From: Candidatus Saccharimonadota bacterium | GTDB lineage: Archaea > Nanohalarchaeota > Nanosalinia > Nanosalinales > Nanosalinaceae | Direction: 5' to 3' | Length of the DNA stretch: 32,000 nucleotides | Assembly: GCF_029232205.1 (NCBI RefSeq) | Contig: NZ_CP107255.1 | Coordinates: 600,001-632,000 of the forward strand | Shown here: positions 1 to 8,839 of the stretch, piece after piece | Layout of the letters: every line of letters begins with the position of its first letter | How positions within the stretch are numbered: the first letter of the stretch is position 1 | Made by a program: the position numbers and the translations under genes | Notes under the pieces: generated by a model | Seen by the model: only the letters and a program-made list of their open reading frames with translations | Told to the model about the DNA's origin: nothing | The model's database searches: none

Positions 1-2321
1 AGAGGGAACGAACAACCTCCACACACTGCCTGCTCATCAAACCAGGATTTCTGTATGTTGTCATTGAAAGAACCTTTTAGCAAGCTTTGCGCACGAGTCT
101 GCGCCTTAGCTACATCATCAGTAGATCTCACATCAAGATTTCCTTCACCAGTAATTACTGCGCCGTTGGAGTTGGTAAACTCGAGGCGGCAGGAATACAC
201 ATTGGTATTTATCTTTCCAACAAGAGGGACTGGCACCTGAGGGTTAGTTCCTACCCCAGTAACCTCCTTCGCAAACCAATCTTCCTCGCGTGTAGAAGGA
301 TCCAGAGAAGGCCTCTCTGAAAGCTCTCCATCCCAGCATAGAGCCCTGATAGACTCTATTGTAGCAGCCTGATCATTATCAGCATCCTCCTTGGCTTCAT
401 AATAGGTAGTAAGGAAACTGCTACTTGTTCTAAACTCATATGGCATTATGAAGAATCCTGCAGTATCAGGATTTTCGTTTCCTGTCGGTTCAAATGCGTA
501 GGCATCAAGATCCCACTGAATATCACCAGTACACTCCCAAAACTGGCCTGTATATCCCCATTGGAGGCCTGGTTCGCAGGTTGGGTAGAATCCTCCGTCG
601 AAGACACTGTCTCTTAGTACTGATACATCGTTTTCTTGAATGTTTTCTGCGGTTCCTAAGACTCCTGCAGTGTATTGGCCTGTTGCGTTGCTTGGGTTCC
701 ATACTTGTCTGATTGCTGTTTCGTCGGTGTCGTCTACTGCACGTGTGTATGCTTGTCCTCTTGAGATGTTGAGTTCGTCGTATTTTGAGGCGTTGTGTGT
801 GTAGGGTCTTTGGTATGTGTCTCCAGTTGAGCCTTCTAGGTATCTTAGTTCTGCTGCGTGGATATGGTCGAATCTTACGTTGTTGAATCCTGAGGTTGTT
901 GCAAAGCTTGTTCCTTTGAACTCGGCATTTCCTAGAGGTATGGCTTCTTTAGGCACGTAGTACTTGACTGCTAGTGCTGTTTCTGGTGCTGAAGTGTTGT
1001 GGAATGTTCCTAACCGGCAGTCGCCATCTCCAGTACACCTTCTCTGTGGATCACCGTAGCCAGGATAAGTTCGTTGACGCATGTCGTAGAGGCATGCTGT
1101 GTCTTTCTCTGTTGTAACTGGGTCGTTGCCGGTGTAGCTGTTTTCTACAGCATCATATCCTTCACAGAGAAAGATATCGGGCTCTCCGGTACGGACACTT
1201 GAGTAGACGTTGCCATAATCACAGTCAGTGGTGGCATCCGTAAAGGCGGCTCCTGAGTTTTGATCTGCAAACACCACTTTAACGCCGTCACTTTCCCTGA
1301 TGCCTACAGTCGGATCTGCACAGTTATTTTCCACATAGGGCAACCAAGAGTTTGGTTGATTTCCTCTCCAGTCTTGCCCATTTCCTAGCACATCGCACCT
1401 GAATCGACCGTTATCTGTATCTACTATTTCTCCATCCATAGAGCCACGGCAAATATGGAACAACCTATTGCCTTTCAGTATTTCTGTATCCGGGCTGTAT
1501 GTTGAACTATCATCGTGAGCTGGCGTACAGGAGTCAAAGTTATTTTCGAAGGCCGTGCATGCGCCTTTATCCTGACCTATAACATATTCCATGTCTCCGA
1601 AGTTCTGATCCCACACATCCTGTGCACCTAGGTTATCTCCCAAGTTGTGGTTGTTTGTGAAAACTTCTGATGTAGAACCTATATCCGATAGAGAAGTAGC
1701 CTCATGACCTAGTATTTCACCTGGTTGAGGCCTATATCTTCCGTAGTCATCCTCTCCATCAGGCCAGGCTTTCCAGTCTGTCTCTTGAAGAAGTATATCT
1801 CCCTGATTTATGTCGTTTACTCCGTGAATATTGCTGTTTCCAGGACTGTTGTAGAAAGGCTCCCTATCGTTCGTTAAAATAAAGTCTCTTATTTTATTCG
1901 CATTTACGTCCATCTCAACATATAGATATGCTCCTTTATTTGCACTTACACGGTCTTTAGGCTCTACAGTTAGATCAAAGGTACCTACTGTAAAGGACTC
2001 TCCTCCATCTGTCCCTGTTACAGTGACTTCATGAGTACCTACACCGCAGGGAACACTTTCAGGCACTCTGGTTGGTCCTGGAACAGACACCTCCAGATCC
2101 ACAGGCAGACCTATAGCGGAGCGGCCACCTCTACCAATGAAATCAGTTGTCTGGCCGCAAACGCTTGCTTGTACATAATCTGCACTTGGATCGCCGTCCA
2201 CTTCTTCTACAGTGACAGTTGTTGATCCACTATATTCTATAGTATTGGAATATCCTGAAATGGTTGCGGTTCCAAAAGTTGAAAAGAAGAGTACCGCAAA
2301 AATCAAGAGAATTTTCTTCAT
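1..2321 (-). CDS. Secreted Cys-rich acidic surface protein, first ~773 codons (3' end lies beyond the left window edge)
   Basis: Absent from the ORF track because it has no stop in the window. Hand translation of the minus strand from the ATG (complement of 2319-2321) stays open to position 1. I checked it codon by codon for 1-240, 720-900, 1020-1140 and 2160-2321, and read the rest once. The N-terminus MKKILLIFAVLFFSTFGTATISG looks like a signal peptide. About 18 Cys. A TATA-like element sits ~27 nt upstream. Confidence 0.7.
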   Translation of the reverse strand, partial: MKKILLIFAVLFFSTFGTATISGYSNTIEYSGSTTVTVEEVDGDPSADYVQASVCGQTTDFIGRGGRSAIGLPVDLEVSVPGPTRVPESVPCGVGTHEVTVTGTDGGESFTVGTFDLTVEPKDRVSANKGAYLYVEMDVNANKIRDFILTNDREPFYNSPGNSNIHGVNDINQGDILLQETDWKAWPDGEDDYGRYRPQPGEILGHEATSLSDIGSTSEVFTNNHNLGDNLGAQDVWDQNFGDMEYVIGQDKGACTAFENNFDSCTPAHDDSSTYSPDTEILKGNRLFHICRGSMDGEIVDTDNGRFRCDVLGNGQDWRGNQPNSWLPYVENNCADPTVGIRESDGVKVVFADQNSGAAFTDATTDCDYGNVYSSVRTGEPDIFLCEGYDAVENSYTGNDPVTTEKDTACLYDMRQRTYPGYGDPQRRCTGDGDCRLGTFHNTSAPETALAVKYYVPKEAIPLGNAEFKGTSFATTSGFNNVRFDHIHAAELRYLEGSTGDTYQRPYTHNASKYDELNISRGQAYTRAVDDTDETAIRQVWNPSNATGQYTAGVLGTAENIQENDVSVLRDSVFDGGFYPTCEPGLQWGYTGQFWECTGDIQWDLDAYAFEPTGNENPDTAGFFIMPYEFRTSSSFLTTYYEAKEDADNDQAATIESIRALCWDGELSERPSLDPSTREEDWFAKEVTGVGTNPQVPVPLVGKINTNVYSCRLEFTNSNGAVITGEGNLDVRSTDDVAKAQTRAQSLLKGSFNDNIQKSWFDEQAVCGGCSFP

Positions 2322-2343
2322 AGGCCTTGATTGGTGAGGCCTG

Positions 2344-2352
2344 TATAAAAAA
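2344..2352 (-). promoter_or_regulatory. TATA-box-like element for the 1-2321 gene (leaderless geometry)
   Basis: The minus strand reads TTTTTTATA, centred ~27 nt upstream of the ATG at 2321. Confidence 0.45.
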
Positions 2353-2359
2353 TAATGGC

Positions 2360-2422
2360 AGAGAAAGAGGTGGAAGAGAAGAGGAAAAAAGGAAGGGGAA
2401 GAAGGAAATGTGGGGAGAAAGG
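2360..2422 (-). terminator. 63-nt polypyrimidine tract (mRNA sense) directly after the 2423-3700 stop; candidate oligo-T terminator and spacer
   Basis: On the plus strand, 60 of 63 bases are purines, with an uninterrupted run at 2372-2408. The minus strand contains CCTTTTTTCC. Archaeal RNAP terminates at oligo-T. Confidence 0.3.
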
Positions 2423-3700
2423 TTATCTTGGCATGTTCCAGAGGATGTTTTTCTTCAGTTCTTCCATCTGGGCCGAGTCTCCTCCTGGCATTACTCCCAT
2501 CATTCCTTGGTAGCTGACGTCTTCTTCCTCTTGCTCCTCGTATTCTTTCCAGAATTTCCGGAGTCTGTTGTGTACGCCTGCTACGTCGGAGCGAGTGTTT
2601 CCTACTCCGCAAGTGTTTCCTACGCCTACTACTGCGACTTCTCCGTCGTATTCTCCTACGATTTCGTTGACTTTGTCGACTGCTTCGTGGTAGGCCTCGT
2701 AGATTTCTTTTTTCATTGGTTTGGAGGCTTCTGGTGGGGCCTGTTTGATTACTACTCCTTCTAGTGGGACGTTGTGGTCTGTTGCTGCTTCTTCGATTTT
2801 TGTTTTTTCTACTCCGGAGCCTCCCATCATTACTCCTACTCCTTCGTAGACGCTGCCGGTTTCTTCTCCTTCGAATTTGCCTGCTGCGTCGACTGTGATT
2901 ACTGCTTCCAGGTCGTTTTCTTCTGCCAGTGTTTCGACTGCGTCTCCGTATTTTCCTAGTCTTGCTCCTGGGCCTCTGCTTTTGACTACGTGTACGGTGT
3001 TGCCGTCGATTGTTTCTTCGGATGAGATGACGTCTTCTGCGATTTCTTCTGGTTCTTCTTCTGATTCGATGAGTTTGGCTGCTACTAGCGGGCCTATTCC
3101 GTCTCCTGTTGGTGCCTGGTTGATGAATGCTCTTGTTGCGTCTTTCTGTGCTTCTGCGATTTCTTTGTATATTGGCATCATCATGTTGACTAGGCCTACC
3201 ATCTGGAAGTTCTGTGTTTTCTTGATGAGTTGTCTGAAGTGGTTCATTACTTTGTAGATCTGGTTGGTGCCCATTACTCCTTTGAAGGCCATTGTTAGGT
3301 CTGCTAGTTCTTCTTCGTCTTCTGTGTCTGCGTGGTTTCTTACGAATCTGTCGAACTTGGCTTCTGATGTGTCTAGTACGTGTTCAAGTTTCTGTACCAT
3401 TCCTGCTGGGTCAAGCTGTGTTGGTGCTGACATCTGGAAGTTCTTCAGGGAGTGCATTTTGTCCTTGAGCCCTGGTTTTGGTTCTGATGTAAGTTTTTCC
3501 AGGAACATTGCTTCTGTAGCGTCTTTGTATGATTCCAGATCGAGAAGCGCGTCCTTCATCTTCCTGTCTACCTGCCAGACCATCAGTTTTGGCCCGAATA
3601 TGATTAGCGCTGGGAAGATCAGGAATGATAGAATCATCATGATTTGGTATATCTGGGTTAGTAAATTGTTTCCGCCCGCTGAAAGTATTCCTAGAGGCAT
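2423..3700 (-). CDS. Conserved archaeal membrane-anchored protein, DUF1512-like (function unknown)
   Basis: 425-aa ORF with an N-terminal hydrophobic anchor (ILSFLIFPALIIFGP) followed by an acidic soluble domain. The DUF1512 assignment is from memory of that family's architecture and is unverified. Confidence 0.6.
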   Translation of the reverse strand: MPLGILSAGGNNLLTQIYQIMMILSFLIFPALIIFGPKLMVWQVDRKMKDALLDLESYKDATEAMFLEKLTSEPKPGLKDKMHSLKNFQMSAPTQLDPAGMVQKLEHVLDTSEAKFDRFVRNHADTEDEEELADLTMAFKGVMGTNQIYKVMNHFRQLIKKTQNFQMVGLVNMMMPIYKEIAEAQKDATRAFINQAPTGDGIGPLVAAKLIESEEEPEEIAEDVISSEETIDGNTVHVVKSRGPGARLGKYGDAVETLAEENDLEAVITVDAAGKFEGEETGSVYEGVGVMMGGSGVEKTKIEEAATDHNVPLEGVVIKQAPPEASKPMKKEIYEAYHEAVDKVNEIVGEYDGEVAVVGVGNTCGVGNTRSDVAGVHNRLRKFWKEYEEQEEEDVSYQGMMGVMPGGDSAQMEELKKNILWNMPR

Positions 3701-3744
3701 GTACCTGAATTAATTTACCATCTTTTTAACTCTGAATAAGGCCT

Positions 3745-4317
3745 TCATGACTGGTCAAATTTATCCTTTATTTCGCCGATAAGTTGGTTGGCCTCACTTT
3801 CGGATGGATTGGCCCTGAGAATAAGCCTTTCTAAAATCTTTGAATCTACTATACTGCTTATATATTCTTTTTTATCCAGATTAAGGCCTTTTTCTTCGGT
3901 TTCTACCAGATTGTGCATTATTACTGCGGTTGCGTGGCTCTGGTTGAGGGAGTTGTATTTTTTGGTTTCTATGTGGATTACTGTGTCGCACATTTCGAGT
4001 TCTTTGTTGGAGAGGCCTGAGCTTTCTCTTCCTATCATTATTGATGTGTTTTTTCTTGGTGTGAACTGTTTGAGGCCTGTTCCTTTTCCAGGTTTGGTGC
4101 CGGCTACGTATTCAAGATCTTCGACTGCTTCTTTTACTGTGTCGTATATTTTGGCGTTTCTTAGTTTTTCTTGCCCGTTTTTTGCTGTTTTCCGGGCTTT
4201 TTCCAGGTTGAATTCGGGGTTGACTATTCTGATCTGGTAGTCGTAGTTGTGGGCTAGTCGGGCGATTGAGCCGGTGTTCTGCGGTATTTCTGGTTCTACG
4301 AGTATTACTGCTTTCAC
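3745..4317 (-). CDS. SPOUT (SpoU/TrmH-class) RNA 2'-O-methyltransferase, aTrmJ-like
   Basis: Motifs VILVEPEIPQNTGSIARLA, IMIGRESSGLS and NSLNQSHATAVIMH match the three SpoU motifs. GTG start at 4317. Confidence 0.8.
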   Translation of the reverse strand: MKAVILVEPEIPQNTGSIARLAHNYDYQIRIVNPEFNLEKARKTAKNGQEKLRNAKIYDTVKEAVEDLEYVAGTKPGKGTGLKQFTPRKNTSIMIGRESSGLSNKELEMCDTVIHIETKKYNSLNQSHATAVIMHNLVETEEKGLNLDKKEYISSIVDSKILERLILRANPSESEANQLIGEIKDKFDQS

Positions 4318-4353
4318 ATGGTTTTATATCGAGGCAAGATTTACATTCTTTTT

Positions 4354-5028
4354 ATGGAAGCAAGAATTTTAGCCGCAGTTTTCGCCTCTATTATGGCCCT
4401 TGCAGTGGGTATCAATGGTGGAGGTTTGAATCAAGCAGATGTTCAGGGGATTGACTCCCAGCATAAAAACGTGTTAAGAGGTATTTTTCCGAAGTCTATT
4501 GATATTTTCTCTATGTTGTCGAACAGGCCTGAGCCTCAGAAAAGTGTAAGTATTGATGTGACTGCTGAGGGAGAGGAGACTTTGAAGTTTTCGAAGGCCT
4601 CTGTGACTCCTGAGAATATGACTTCTTACAGTTCGGAGCAGTTTTCGATTACTTCTGATTCTGCTGTGACTGTGACAGGTTTTGATGGTAAGATGGTTTT
4701 TGATACGAATAGTACTGATGTGAAGGGCCGGGCCTCTGGTTATGTCAGTAGTGGTGTGAATTCTTCCAGGAATTTCAGGTTTGAGACAGAGCTTGGTTCT
4801 GAGAGGATTGAAGTTCACGATGTTAGAAGGCTTAAGGTTGATTTCTCCGGTGTTTCTGGAGAGGTTGAGACTGATTCCAGTACTTCAAGTATTAATGACA
4901 GTAGTTTGAAGGTGAACTCGTTCTCCGGCAATATTACTGTTTATCCTTCGGACAATCGTTACGTGTTTGAAGGAGTAATTGATGAGTTAAATGCTGGAAG
5001 TTTGAGAGTGAAGGCCTCAGAGGATTAA
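4354..5028 (+). CDS. Secreted or N-terminally anchored Ser/Thr/Val-rich protein, function unknown
   Basis: The track ORF is 4318-5028. The internal ATG at 4354 puts the hydrophobic segment MEARILAAVFASIMALAVG at the N-terminus and leaves a 36-nt divergent spacer containing TTTTATAT (4322-4329) ~27 nt upstream. Confidence 0.6.
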   Translation: MEARILAAVFASIMALAVGINGGGLNQADVQGIDSQHKNVLRGIFPKSIDIFSMLSNRPEPQKSVSIDVTAEGEETLKFSKASVTPENMTSYSSEQFSITSDSAVTVTGFDGKMVFDTNSTDVKGRASGYVSSGVNSSRNFRFETELGSERIEVHDVRRLKVDFSGVSGEVETDSSTSSINDSSLKVNSFSGNITVYPSDNRYVFEGVIDELNAGSLRVKASED

Positions 5029-5501
5029 TCCTCGTCTCCTTCTTCTTTTTCTCCTTTCATCTTGTCCAGCACTACTTCTTTGACTTCTCTGTCACTTTCT
5101 GCCTGTTTTTTGGCCTTCTTTTTCTCCGAGGATTTCTCTCTTATTGCACCTACTAGTTTCTTGATTCCACTGTAGATGTGTTTGAGTATGCGGTATGGTA
5201 TGGAGATCAGTGTTTCTGCTATTCCGTATGCTGAGGCCAGTACTGTGTATCCTACGTAGAGTGATGCTCCTGCGAATGCGAATAGTAGTATGTCGTTGAG
5301 GCCTGGCATTGTTCCGTATACTAGTTGTGTGAATGCGATGTATGTTCCTGCGGATAGTACTGAGACCATGATGGTTTCGAATACCATTTCCATCAGCTTG
5401 AAGGCTGCTATGAATGCTGCTAGAAGTAGGACTAGTAGAATTACTGTGCTGTATTCCTGTGGTAGCGAGCTGAATAGGCCTAGTGCCATTTTATTCTTCA
5501 C
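5025..5501 (-). CDS. Small polytopic membrane protein with a Lys/Glu-rich C-terminal tail
   Basis: 158-aa ORF with 3-4 hydrophobic helices. It overlaps or abuts the stop of the upstream 930-aa surface-protein gene (alternative start MALGLF at 5489), so co-transcription is likely. Confidence 0.6.
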   Translation of the reverse strand: MKNKMALGLFSSLPQEYSTVILLVLLLAAFIAAFKLMEMVFETIMVSVLSAGTYIAFTQLVYGTMPGLNDILLFAFAGASLYVGYTVLASAYGIAETLISIPYRILKHIYSGIKKLVGAIREKSSEKKKAKKQAESDREVKEVVLDKMKGEKEEGDED

Positions 5502-8283
5502 CTAGGTATTCGTATAGTGGGTCTCCGGGTTCTGGGATGTAGCTTGTGTAGAAGATGAACCCTCCTACTACCAGGATCAGTACTACCAGGATTATTGGAA
5601 GTATTCCCATGCCTCCGCTCTTCTGCTCTGTGTCTGTTGGAGGAGTGTCTGTTCCAGGGTCGTCTGATCCCCCGTTATTGTTATCTCCTTCCTGATTGTC
5701 CTCCTCGTCGTCCTGTTGCTGGTTATTGTTGTTTATCTGTGTTTCAAGAGACTCCAGATTGTTGATTGTCGACTGGTATGTATTGTAGGCCTGAATGTCG
5801 TCTCCTTTGCTCAAAGAGTCCTCCATTTTTGTTGCGTTCTGTCTTGCTGTCTCTAGCTGATTTATTACTCCTGTTGAAAAGGCCTGGCCCTGTAGTCTTG
5901 TTACCCAGGATGTTATGTTTTCTGATGCGGCCTGTGTTTCCGGCATGAATCTTGCTGTGATCTGTACTGTGTCAGTTGATCCTGTTTCGCTTGAGTTCTC
6001 TGGATCGTTCTGGTATGCTACGTATGTTACTTCTCTTTCAACTGTTCCGTAACTGTCTCTTGTGACCTGTGTTGTGAAAGGTTCCTGAGCGTCTACACTA
6101 ACTGTTGACCACTCTGATACCTCGAACATGCCTGTCTCTGACTGTATGTAGTTTATGTTTGTTGATCCATTGTTTTTTGCAATAAGCTGGAACTGGGAAC
6201 TAGATGACTGTATTACTCCGATATCCATCGAATCATTCATTATTTCCAGGTCTACTTCTGGCTCTGCGAAGTCTCCAGCAAGTCTTGTAGGAATACTTAA
6301 TCTCTGGCCTGATGAGTTCACTACTATCTCTCCGGAGACATTTACCGGTGTCTGCAGAGAGTAGTTTACATCGATGCTGTGGGAATCTGCCAGGTCTACT
6401 CCCATGACTGATGTTGTTACATAGTCCGAGATCTGGCCTGTGGTGTATATTTCTGTCTGTACTGAACTTTCAGGGCCTATGTTGTAGATTTCGAAGCTTT
6501 CTGTTACTTCTCTTGGGCCTAGTAGTGTGACATTGATCGATTCTCTGTCTGCGCAAAGTGAGTTGTTTGTTATCTGGCAGTCAGGTGAGTTCAGGTTTAC
6601 ATCGATCGTTCTTGAGAACTCGGAGTTCATGTCTTCCAGAAGTATTTCTCCTTCATAGTCCTCTACTTCATCTACATCGAAGTTTACTGTGACATTTGTT
6701 TCGTTGTTTGGCGCTATTTCAATGTTGTTTCCATCGTTGATCGTTGTTATTCCCGAGATTTCGGACATTGCTGTTGCGTTGATTGTTATGCTATTTGAGA
6801 GCTGATTGGTTATTGTAAAGTTTTCACTGTAGTTTTTCCTGTTGACAATACTGACGTTGAGCTCATCTGTAGTATTGAAGATCTGTGTTGTTTCTTTTAG
6901 ATCGAATACAGGACTTACAGTCACTGTTTCTCCGTACTGATTGGAAAAGACTCCTGCAATAGTGTAGGTGCCATTCGGTGTTCCCTGAGGAATTACCATT
7001 GATCCTGTGGCCCATCCTGTTTCATTATCATAGGATAGATCGCTCTTTGAGAAAGTCTTGTACTCTGAACCGTTAGGATAATCTACTGTAATATCAGCTG
7101 ATGCGAAATCCTCATTTTCTACAGGCGTTCCTGTGTATCTCTTGTTTATTCCGAATTTAAGCTGGTACTCGGAGCCCTGATAGGCCGTATCTATCATATC
7201 TGTTGTAAGCGCAAATCTGGCCTTTGTTATATTGTAGAACCTTGTGCTCGTGCTGTAATTGTTCTTTGCCGTGAATTTGATGTAGATTTCTTCTGAGTAG
7301 CTGCTGGTATCTAGGTCTGGGAATGTTAAATTGCCTTCGTAGAGGCCTGTTTCCTCGCTCTTGTTTATGTAGCTGCTGGAGATTGTTTCCAGATTGTTTC
7401 CTTCGACGGATTTTCTCATTACTGCCATTGAGACATTGTTTGCGTGTGCGGAGGTTACGTTAAGGCCTAGATCTAGTTCTGCTCCTTCTTCACATTTTGT
7501 TGGCATGCTTTGCTGGTTGCAGCCTGTCTGTGCTTCCACTGTTGAGACTGAGGTGTTTAGGTAGTCTCTTGTGCTTATCATCTGAGTGGTTGTTGCTGTT
7601 TCCCCGTTGGCTGTGGCCTTTACTCTTAGTGAGTACTCTTGTTGTACTGCTTCCGGTATTATGAGCGAGTAGAGCCTGTATTTCTGGTTTGTTGAGTCAT
7701 CTGGGAAGGCCTGTGTGTTGAAGTATGTGGTGTTTGTTATTTCTACATCCAGGTCTGTTGTTGTCAGGAAGTCTCCGCTTGTGCTGTTTGTTACGTTTAC
7801 TTCGATTCTTGCGTCTTCTCTTCCTGGGAAGTAGGCCTGGCTCATGTCTGTTAGAATTGTGATTTTGACGTTGGAGATTGTGATCTGTTTGGTTGAGTTT
7901 GCTTCTTCATCTATTGGGGAGCCTCTCTGGGCCTCGAATCTGAACTTGCCATCTTTGTCTCCTACTGTTTTGTGGACGTACCATACTGCTCCGTTTAGGT
8001 ATTTTAGGTCTCCTGAGTTCCGTAGTGTGCCGTTTTCCAGGTAGAACCATTCTGCTCGGCCTTCGTATCTTTCTAAGTAGTCTTTTGTGATTGGGTCTCC
8101 AGTATCTCGGTGTCTTATTTCAACGTACTGTGTGGTTGCTCCCGCAGGCGAGATTGTGGAGTAGCTGTCTGGAGCATTCATAGGTGTGACTTCCCATGCC
8201 GGTGCTGAAGCTGCTAGAGAAGTGGTGATTAGAAGGGTTGAAACCAAGATAAGTGACTTAACAAGATTTCTGCCTGCAGACAT
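5491..8283 (-). CDS. Large cell-surface glycoprotein candidate (S-layer or adhesin-like)
   Basis: 930 aa. Signal peptide LILVSTLLITTSLAASAPA. About 30 N-x-S/T sequons. C-terminal Asn/Gln/Asp-rich stalk, a single TM (ILPIILVVLILVVGGFIFY) and a short acidic tail. Confidence 0.75.
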   Translation of the reverse strand: MSAGRNLVKSLILVSTLLITTSLAASAPAWEVTPMNAPDSYSTISPAGATTQYVEIRHRDTGDPITKDYLERYEGRAEWFYLENGTLRNSGDLKYLNGAVWYVHKTVGDKDGKFRFEAQRGSPIDEEANSTKQITISNVKITILTDMSQAYFPGREDARIEVNVTNSTSGDFLTTTDLDVEITNTTYFNTQAFPDDSTNQKYRLYSLIIPEAVQQEYSLRVKATANGETATTTQMISTRDYLNTSVSTVEAQTGCNQQSMPTKCEEGAELDLGLNVTSAHANNVSMAVMRKSVEGNNLETISSSYINKSEETGLYEGNLTFPDLDTSSYSEEIYIKFTAKNNYSTSTRFYNITKARFALTTDMIDTAYQGSEYQLKFGINKRYTGTPVENEDFASADITVDYPNGSEYKTFSKSDLSYDNETGWATGSMVIPQGTPNGTYTIAGVFSNQYGETVTVSPVFDLKETTQIFNTTDELNVSIVNRKNYSENFTITNQLSNSITINATAMSEISGITTINDGNNIEIAPNNETNVTVNFDVDEVEDYEGEILLEDMNSEFSRTIDVNLNSPDCQITNNSLCADRESINVTLLGPREVTESFEIYNIGPESSVQTEIYTTGQISDYVTTSVMGVDLADSHSIDVNYSLQTPVNVSGEIVVNSSGQRLSIPTRLAGDFAEPEVDLEIMNDSMDIGVIQSSSSQFQLIAKNNGSTNINYIQSETGMFEVSEWSTVSVDAQEPFTTQVTRDSYGTVEREVTYVAYQNDPENSSETGSTDTVQITARFMPETQAASENITSWVTRLQGQAFSTGVINQLETARQNATKMEDSLSKGDDIQAYNTYQSTINNLESLETQINNNNQQQDDEEDNQEGDNNNGGSDDPGTDTPPTDTEQKSGGMGILPIILVVLILVVGGFIFYTSYIPEPGDPLYEYLGEE

Positions 8284-8314
8284 ATCAATTCTTTATCAAA
8301 CGGTGTTAAAAAAT

Positions 8315-8839
8315 CTATTTACCCAGAATATACAGAGTTTCAAACCAGAGCTGTTTTTCATCAAGCTTCTTGAGATCATATTCCTCAATTAAGTCTTCGA
8401 TTTCTGCCAGAGAACTGGCAACTATGTAAAAACGGCCTTCTTCAGCGAGATATTCTTCTACTTCATCCAGAAACTTTTTTGTGACTTCTATCCCTTTTTC
8501 TCCTCCACGCCATATTTCTTCATCTCCTATACCTTTCTCACCCGGAAGATAGGGAGGATTGAAAACTATTACATCGTAGAGGCCTTCTATATCTTCAAAG
8601 AGATCAGAATAAATGATTTCAACGTTGAGGCCTTTTTCCTCTGCTTTTTCATTTAGTTGCTGGAGTGCTTCTCTGTTTATATCGGAGGCCGTTACTTCTG
8701 CATTTTTCTGCGCTGCAAGAAGTGCTATTTCTCCATTTCCTGTTCCTATTTCGAGGAATTTCTTGTTTTCTAGCTGTATGTTTTCTTTTAGGTAGTCTCT
8801 GAGGAGGTAGGTGTCTTCTGAGGGCTGGTATATGGTCAT
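8315..8839 (-). CDS. HemK-related N5-glutamine methyltransferase (Mtq2/PrmC-like)
   Basis: YQPSEDTYLL N-terminus, SAM motif LEIGTGNGEIAL and catalytic NPPY (VFNPPYLP). There is a 4-nt overlap with the pyrG stop. Confidence 0.8.
   Translation of the reverse strand: MTIYQPSEDTYLLRDYLKENIQLENKKFLEIGTGNGEIALLAAQKNAEVTASDINREALQQLNEKAEEKGLNVEIIYSDLFEDIEGLYDVIVFNPPYLPGEKGIGDEEIWRGGEKGIEVTKKFLDEVEEYLAEEGRFYIVASSLAEIEDLIEEYDLKKLDEKQLWFETLYILGK

Noticed and set aside
2327-2764. 145-aa plus-strand ORF starting in the purine tract
   Set aside because: It begins in the intergenic polypurine run (translation RERGGREEEKRKGKK) and then runs antisense to the DUF1512-like gene. It is spurious.
4318-4353. 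Track start codon at 4318 for the 4318-5028 ORF
   Set aside because: It would place two divergent start codons back to back with no promoter space, and would add 12 residues before the hydrophobic N-terminus. The ATG at 4354 is preferred but unproven.
5494-5640. C-terminus of the 930-aa protein as a substrate signal for the nearby archaeosortase
   Set aside because: It has a TM helix but no PGF, PEF or VPxxxP-type motif before it. It ends in a 20-residue acidic tail rather than a short basic cluster, so I do not claim a sorting signal.
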